Positions 55,949 through 64,000 of a stretch of DNA of 64,000 bases are shown piece after piece; within the stretch, counting starts at the first letter, position 1; every line of letters starts with the position of its first letter. The stretch lies in NCBI RefSeq assembly GCF_009914755.1, contig NC_060937.1, one strand, 5' to 3'. This stretch comes from the human T2T-CHM13v2.0 reference genome, Homo sapiens. Both the position numbers and the translations under genes were made by a program. The notes beneath the pieces were generated by a model. The model did not search any database, was not told the DNA's origin, and saw only the letters and a program-made list of their open reading frames with translations.

Positions 55949-58679
55949 GCTACACAGGACCAAAAGACTAGCCTAGTGACCTTGGATAAACTACAGTACC
56001 CATGCTTCCTTCTGGGTGACTCTGTCCTAGTTCCACGGTATGAGGACAATGATGAGAAAGGTGGATTGATATAGCCATAGATGTAGCCTTGCCAATGAGC
56101 AGAGTGGCAGCTTCTTGGATACACAGCAACATTTCCAAGCTACAGGCAGTAAGTTTTCTTTCAGGGGTCTCAGTAGACTCAGGGAAAACTAAAAGAAACT
56201 CTGAAAGTGCTTCCCATCCCTCCTTCTCCGCACTGCAATAACAAACTCACTTGCTAATTCATTGTAAAATGATCTGAATTACTCAGAGATGTGGAGAAAT
56301 CAGCTTGGCTTTCAGCACAGGGAGTGACACCAGAACATCAGCCATTGAAGGGAAATAGAGCACAAGGTCACTCTGGCTGAGGTCTCACAATGGAGACTAC
56401 TGCAGGGGAATGGGGAGGGTGCAGTGGCTTCAGAAAAGCAGCTGGTACCAGCAACCCTTACAGGTGACAGCCATGGAAGCAAGAGCTTTGGCTCTGGAAA
56501 ATCTTTCACCAGTGAATGAGGAGGCTGTCCTGTCTAAGTGTCCCTCTGAGACACTCACAAGGAACTGTCTGTTTGGGTGGGAGGAACTGTGGTTGGACTT
56601 CCACTAAATTCAGTACTGGGAGTTAGAGGTAGAGTGTGTGGAACACTACTGTAAAGTGTTCCTCCTTTGAGTTTCCAAGATGGAGTGGCCCAAGGAGGAA
56701 CGGACTTTACCAATGTTCAGTCCCATGGTTCTCATATGTGTGAATGTCTGTGTTTATACAGTGGGTCTGACTTTGACACTGGCAGCCATAACATCACTTC
56801 TCCATTCCCAAGTGAGTTCCTGTCATCTTCTGATTCTCCTCTCTGTGGCCCTAAAGTCACCATGTAATTTCCCAATGGTTACTCGCCGCCAGGATGTGTG
56901 GATGAAACTTTGGAAAGACTGCTGCAAAGCCGCTTGTCGAGAAACCCATCTATGTGTCCTGGCTCTCAAAATTTCAGTTCCTTTGAACATGCTGGTTCAC
57001 TTTGTTCTGATTTTAGAATCTGGAAATGCAGAGCAAGACATTTCTAAGCTGGGAATTTGCCATCCTGTTGCAGGAGCACAGCAGCAGCCCCAGAAAAATA
57101 TTTTTCAAGGCTGCAGAGAAAACAAGGGCTGGAAAAATGTTTGTTTATTGCCAGCTCTCCCCACAGCCGCTTATATAACAGCCTGTGCTGAGACAGGCTG
57201 TCCTGCCCAGGCTCAGAATCAAGAGTCACACTCCTTGGGATGATGACAGAGACAATGTGGGAACTACAGGGCTATGGCCTATGACGTCCAGGAAGGAAAA
57301 CCAAGTGGTGTGTGGTGATTAGTCATTTCACAATGAGGGGATGGCTTCCTGGGGTGTTTTCAAGCTTTTGGGTGGCGGCACAGTCTGCAAGAGGGGGAAA
57401 GGCTCTGAGAACAAGATATGACTAAAGAATAGTTTCTCATTTACCATTTTTAAAAATAAAACAATGCACAGCCAATCACGTGTGAGCTGAAGGGTAGAGT
57501 CAAATGTTTAGGTATTTTCTGACCTTTCAGATCCATTCAGACTTTCTAAAAGCCACAGACATAAACACCATATCCAAATCTGGAAGCTTAAAAAGTTTGG
57601 ACAAAATAGTATACATTTTGTTCAACACTTTATTGCAAAGGAAAAAAAAGGAAAGAAGTATACAAAGTTTTTCTTCACAAAACAAACACGAAAAACTAAC
57701 TCTGCCAGGAAAAAATGTGAAACCCATAGACAGATCATGCTAAGGGTCTAAGGGGACAGCTTGCCTCCCCTACGGCATTACTGAAAAGCAGATGTGATGG
57801 GCAGCGTCACAGAGGCCTGTAATCCAGTTAGGTGCAGCAGCCACAGGCAGCCTACACTCTTCCTAAAAGCCTCCCTCTCAGGGAAACCCAGGGCCTCTTG
57901 GACTGTTCCAGGCTTTAAGTGCATATCAGAAAAACATTTGCCATATGTTTTAACTTAATTTCTAAGTCAGCGTGGGCCCATTCATTCTCATTCCTTCCAT
58001 AACAGCCTTCCTGAGTAATTGCCTATTGACTTTGCTGCTTGCTGGTCATACCTGGGTGTGCATCTGTCTTACACCAGACACACCTAACTCTCAGCCTCTG
58101 TAGTCACAAATAAGGGTTCTATTTGTTGATTTAGAATGGCAAGTTGAAACTAGCACAGTCTTACACATAGAAGATACTCAATCAGTATTTTGTTGATGGA
58201 GTCACATCTCTATCTCTCTCCTTATTCTTCTAGCTTACTTCCCCCACCCCTACTTTTATTTCTTTCTTCCCCCTCTTTTGTCAAAAGGTTGGGCTTACCA
58301 GCAAATCCACTGAATACTTGCTAACCCTCTGATTTACACCACACAAGTAGCACCAGTTTCACAAGACAGAAAAAAACTCACCTTGGGGCCCCAAGGTTGG
58401 CCTGGATCTTTGAAAGTGTAGGGTCATGATTTATTTTAGGCAAGTGGAGATCTAAAAAGGAGCAAAGATAACAGGACCCTGCAATTCACCAACTGGATCC
58501 TGTATATAAGAACCTTTGTGATTTCTCACCTTGCTAATTTCCTGCCCTCTCTTTCTGCAGGTTCTTCCCCAAACCATCATGGACCAGTTGGACTCTGAGA
58601 AGAAAAGTTTCTGATCTTTAGTTCATTCTTCCAACTCTCTAGAAAGCAGGAAAACTGAGAATGAAAAATTCTAAATTAC

Positions 58680-59096
58680 TCAGGACTCATGGGTTGCCAA
58701 TAGAAGAAATACATCTTAAACTAGCTTAAGCCTGAAAGGGAAATGTATTTGTTCATGTAACTGAACCATAACGAAGGATGGTGGACTGAGGGACCTGAAA
58801 ACACCCTCAGGACTCCCTCCCTCTCCTTTGTGCTCCTGTCTGATGCCGTCTTCCCAGACCTGCTCACTCTCCATAAGGTGGGGATGTGGCCATCAGCAAC
58901 GTGTACTTCCCCGAAGCTTGTGACCTGAGTAGATAGGCATCTCCCAACCCACAAGGATTGAAAAGTTCCTCTAGGAATTATGTGGATTGGCCCATTCACT
59001 ATGACATGTTCCCCCTAAGCAGCTAAAGGAACTGGGTCTGTTACCAGAAGAGGTGGGAGAGGGGTGCTAGGCAGATTGAACAACAGCCACTACAAC
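58680..59096 (-). mobile_element. MLT1K-like LTR remnant
   Basis: aaactagcttaagc...gggaaatgtatttgttcatgtaactgaa...gttaccagaagaggtgggagaggggtgctaggcag. Confidence 0.55.
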
Positions 59097-59718
59097 ATCT
59101 GAGGAGGAGACCTCCGTGAAGGCCACCAAGTCTGCTAGCAGATATTTCCTCCCTCGGATCTCTCTCCCTGTCCTCACAGTCTCATAAGTGAGGATTAAAT
59201 ACTACATGTGGCCTAGGAGATCTTAGACCCTCCACACGAAGATATAGTAACAATCAACATCCTAGTGTTCTGGCAGAGAAAAAATCAGAAAGAATCATTT
59301 GCCTGATTTTTCCATCAATACCAATAATTAATTAGAGATGAAATTTGTGATGGACTCAGAGAATTAGAGAAGATCTAAGGGAATCTAGATGATTTCCTAC
59401 CCCTAACCAGAGCCTCACAAAAAAGGGTGAAGATCTATGGCCGTCTTGCGTTTGGTGTGAGGCTGGACAAGGAAGTTCCTAAGGTCCTTTAGACTCTGTG
59501 AGATCATGAGTCCGTAAAACCCTTCCAACTTGAAATTAGTTGATTCCTTCCTTAAATTTTCTGGGACATTCCCCCACTCCCTCCACTCTTATTAGCTGAT
59601 TTTACTGACCAATAGGCCTTGAAGTTGGGCGTTCCATCTAGATGTCTCACATCAACTCACCTTTTGCAAATTAAGCCCATACCCTTAAAGAGGGGAATTC
59701 TCAAGCCATTAGAAACTA

Positions 59719-60032
<314 letters not shown>

Positions 60033-60291
60033 AAACTAGAGGGTCTCCTCTTAGTTCTTAAACCCTCTTAGTCAACATTTGTGAGCCTCTTTTCTGTATG
60101 TTTTGGCATCTTTATTCCTTTCCTTCGTGTCTTGACCAAATTCACCAGATCATGACTCAGAACAAAATCCTGAGGTTGAATATAGAGGTCTAGAACATCT
60201 TCAAATTAACTGTTTCTCCTCATAGAGAATTAAAGAAATTGAGAAAGCAAGAGAGAGTGTGTGGAGTTTTTGTCCTCATTTTCCTCTTTCC

Positions 60292-60781
60292 TGTAGTAGG
60301 TAGAATAATGGCTGCCCAGAGATACTCACATCCTAATCCCTGGAACCCATGAATATGTAATGTTGTATGGCCAAAGGGGAATTGAGATTGCTATTACAAT
60401 GACTTAAAATGGGAGATTATCCTGGATTATCCAGATGGGCCCAATGTAATCACAAGGGTCTTTAAAAATAGAAGGAGGAGGCAGAAGATTAGGTCAGTCC
60501 ATGAGACAATGTGAGAAAAGCTCAGCCTGACATTGCTGGCCTGGGAGATGGAAGAAGGAGCCACAAGGGGTACCAGCAGCCTGTAGAAAGTAGAGAAGGT
60601 AGAAACACAGATTCTTCCCTGGGGCCCCCAGAAAGGAACACAGCACTGTCAACACTTTGAATTCAGCCTGGTAAGACCCATGTTAGACTTCTGACCTACA
60701 GACTGCAAGATAATAAATCTGTCTTGTGTAAGCCACTAAATCTATGGTTATCTGTCACAAGCACAATAGGAAATTAATACA
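60292..60781 (+). mobile_element. MLT1D/E-like solo LTR
   Basis: tgtagtaggtagaataatggc...gggagattatcctggattatccagatgggcccaatgtaatcacaagggtc...aataggaaattaataca. Confidence 0.88.
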
Positions 60782-60864
60782 CTTTCTATTTGTTTTACGT
60801 GTGTCCTGAAATGTTAGGTTCCTTAGGATTCCAACTGCTGAACTATATGGAGACAGGATAGTTT

Positions 60865-61258
60865 AGTTAAAAGAAAAATCTTAGACAAATTAAATTTAAC
60901 AGAGTTTACTTGAGCAAAGAATAATTCATGACTTGGTAGCCCCAGAACCAGAATAGGTTCAGAGGGACTCTGTTGCTGCCACGGTGACAAAGAAGATTTA
61001 TGGACAGAAAAAGGAAAGTGATGCACAGAAAACAGAATTGAGGTACAGAAACAGCCAGATTGATCACAGCTCAGTGTTTACCTTATTGAACACCATTTAA
61101 ACAGTTGGACGGCCTTGACTGGCCAAAACTTGATGATTGGCACAACAGCAAGTTACAGTCTGTTCACACATCCATTAGGTTACAGCTCACTATGTATGAA
61201 GAAACCTTTAGGATGAACTTAAAATATATAAGGAGGGAGCTTTAGGCTAAACTTAACA
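60865..61258 (-). mobile_element. ERV1 solo LTR, MER57/MER93 group
   Basis: gttaaaagaaaaatcttagacaaattaaatttaacagag...gaagatttatggacagaaaaaggaaagtga...gctttaggctaaacttaaca. Confidence 0.8.
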
Positions 61259-64000
61259 GTGGACAAGATTTGACTCTGCTACTACGTCACCTTGTGGTTT
61301 TGGGTAAATCAGTTTCTCTGGTTCTCAGTTTCCATATCTGCAAAACAAGGTCGTTTTATTAAATGATCCCCAAAGCCTCTCCCCCTTTAAGTTTAGACAT
61401 TCAGTATACTCTCCGTCTTCTTAATGGTGTCAAATGCTCTGGAAGCCCCAGCAAACACCTGAGCTGCCCCTGTCATCATCCACAGCAGAGCACGGACAGG
61501 GAAAGAATGTCCACAGGTTCCAGCTCTCTCAGGACTTGTCCACGGCGAGTGAGGCCACAGGAGGTCAGGGCAGGCACAGCAGCTGCCAGTTCTCTCCACT
61601 CAGGAAGAACATACCCAGTGCTAAGGAAGAAACACTGTGGGGACAGAGGTGCTAGAGAATTCTAAAACCCAAGCGGCCATGGAAATCCTCCTAAAGGCAA
61701 GGAGACTTGTGTTAGCTTCACAGGAGAGATGGGCTCCGAATAAGGATAGTCTATCCAGAAGTTGGGGTGACAAGAAAGACACCAGGTGGGTTATCATGGT
61801 GAATGGGCTAGGCTGGAAGAAAAGGTTTTGTGTGGGCAAAAGGTCAGAAAGATCTGTTAAAAGCAGATGATGAGGCCTTAAAAGGTTCCAGGACAAGGAC
61901 AGGAAGGCTGAGTGAATGCCTTGATGAGGCCCTACTACACTTTGTGCCATGTTGTATGCCCGGGAGTAAGCAGCAGGCACATAATCGGTGCTCAAGACAA
62001 TAGGTGCTCAGTATTTGTTGGATGAATAAATAAATAGGCATCAACATATTTTTAGCAGGACATTGCCATTATCCAAGATGAATTTAAGGAAGATAAGTGG
62101 GACCTCCATAGGCAGAGTGGACTGAAGGAGGCAGAGATGGAACATCTGTATACTAGTCAAGAGGCTGCTAAACTGATTCAGACATAAGGGTCAAGCTGGG
62201 ATGTTGGGCAGTGCAAACTGAAGGGAAGAAACATATGTGTCGTGAAGACTTTCCCTAAACCATTCCATCTGGGAGGATGTCATTTCCATTCATGCAAATC
62301 TCCAAGGAAGGAGACCCACCACCTCATGAATAAGAATAATGCAATAACCCAGACAGGCCAGCACACCGGAGCAAAATCCTCGGGCAGCCATGGAAGCAAG
62401 AATCCAACCCACACCATATTTTCAGTAGAAATGACCACTAATTTATGCACAGTTTTTCTGCCTATAATCAAAGCTAATTCTTAGTTCACTCTTGCCTCCT
62501 CTAGACTCAACAACTCAAATTCTCCTAACTGCTTTCAGAGATCCATTCACTGAGTCTTCTCATTATTTCCGTTTTTCTTCCCTGATCCCGCTCCAAGTCC
62601 CCTCTGCCTTATGTCATTTAGCTGAATCGGAAGACCAGGTTTGCTCCAGTCACACTCATCTGACAGGCCTGCTCTTTTCCTCTAAGTAGCTGGCAGGAGC
62701 ATAGCTCTGTTCCAGGAGGGGGACCTGTCCTCATGGGAACATGGCAGTTATGGTCCAAGTCCAGCTGGCCAAGAACTCAGACTGTCCTCTCCTGAAGGTT
62801 CCCCCACAGAAATCAATAAGAGCCCACCTCCAGACAGTGGCTGGCCTCAGATCTCAGAGGAACTCACCATCCTCTTCCTCTCCATCATCCTCTCTAAGCT
62901 TCCCTGTCTTTGCCTCAGCCAAAGTCCAACCCATCAGGGACAGAAGAGTAATTGATGAAGGCCTTAAGGGATATCAAAGCGCTATTGAGCAAAACCACAA
63001 CTCAACAGCCGTGCAGGTGCTTCCTGCGGCAGGGAGGGAAAGAAGTGTCTTTAGAAAGCCCTAAATAACTCTAGGCAGGGATGTCAGCTTGACAAATGAC
63101 TGGTGAGAAATAGCCCTGTTGTTCTCTGGTGTGTGATTCATCCAAGGCTGTGCTGGGGTGGGGGGACAAGGCCCAGCCGTAAGTCCCACCGTTGGTCACT
63201 TGGGGCCGCTCTTCAGCTTGGCTCCAAGATGGATAAGAAGGCACTTTTGTTGGTGCTCTTGGCCTCTGTCACTTTGACCTTGTTTTCCAGTGGTTTTATT
63301 TAGTGGATTTGTGCTGATTTGGTTTGAGCCGCATTCAGAGGAGGATAGCAACTGTGGGGAGACTCTTTCTAAGCATCCGAAGGCCTCTCTCCCTTTGATG
63401 TTAGCTCCCAGTGCTTCTTGCCATCATAACATCAAAGACCAGGGGCTGCTCAGGGCAGAGGCCCATTTCATCTCCCTGTTCCCAGCTCCTCAAAGAGCTG
63501 GCTTATTGAAATGCTTGTCACGTGTTGAATGGATAAGTGAAAATATCCCGAGACCAAGGGATATGACATGACAGCTAGTTTCTAGACTTAGCGCTGGGAC
63601 CTTGACAAGGTGCACAGAGTCTCTGGGCCTCTGTATCCCCATCTGTAAAATAAGAAGGCAAGCTCTTGGGTCCCCTCAAACTCAGACCATGAGGTTCAGA
63701 GAGGCCTGCAGAGGCTGATTGGGGCCTACACCCAACTCGCAAGGAGGGGAACAAAGGTAAGGAGAACATGAGGGATCAGCAGTTGTTTTGAATGCCCAGC
63801 AGCAGGAGTAAACACCAGCACGTTGAACACTTGCGTGAAAGGTCTATGATGTTTTCAGTTAGGAGGTCGGCCTGGAGGCCCCCTGAAGTAACACTAGATG
63901 AATGTATTGTGAACAGCCAGTGGGCTGGTGTGGGCCACATGAGACACAAACAGCACCACTAGCCTCCCTGAGTTTACTGGGTCCTCTTCACCAAGGTGTC

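Noticed and set aside
56640-56662. 8-bp inverted repeat GGAACACT/AGTGTTCC
   Set aside because: Expected many times by chance in 64 kb

Overview
This is eukaryotic DNA, almost certainly human or another hominoid: it carries AluY/AluS/AluJ/FRAM SINEs, L1PA3/4-type, L1PB and L1M LINEs, MLT1 and ERV1 solo LTRs, hAT MER elements, L2 and MIR, and it is globally CpG-depleted. I see no recognisable protein-coding exon, tRNA, rRNA, CpG island or CRISPR array. The long ORFs are L1 ORF2 remnants, Alu or simple-repeat artefacts, or chance ORFs. The window reads as intergenic or deep-intronic sequence, and I cannot name the locus. I found no convincing new biological system. The best leads are: (1) motif-dense unique blocks that look like cis-regulatory elements (four AP-1 sites including a perfect NRF2/BACH ARE at about 8.1-8.4 kb, a CTCF core plus upstream motif in a CpG-retaining block at about 11.3 kb, paired RFX X-boxes at about 13.7 kb, a CpG-rich block at about 51.5 kb); (2) several well-bounded, mostly non-coding exon candidates on the minus strand that might form a spliced lncRNA; (3) legible mutational fossils, namely a twin-primed inverted L1 and palindrome-associated duplications. 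Repeat subfamily names come from recalled consensus sequences, and repeat boundaries are approximate unless a TSD is quoted.
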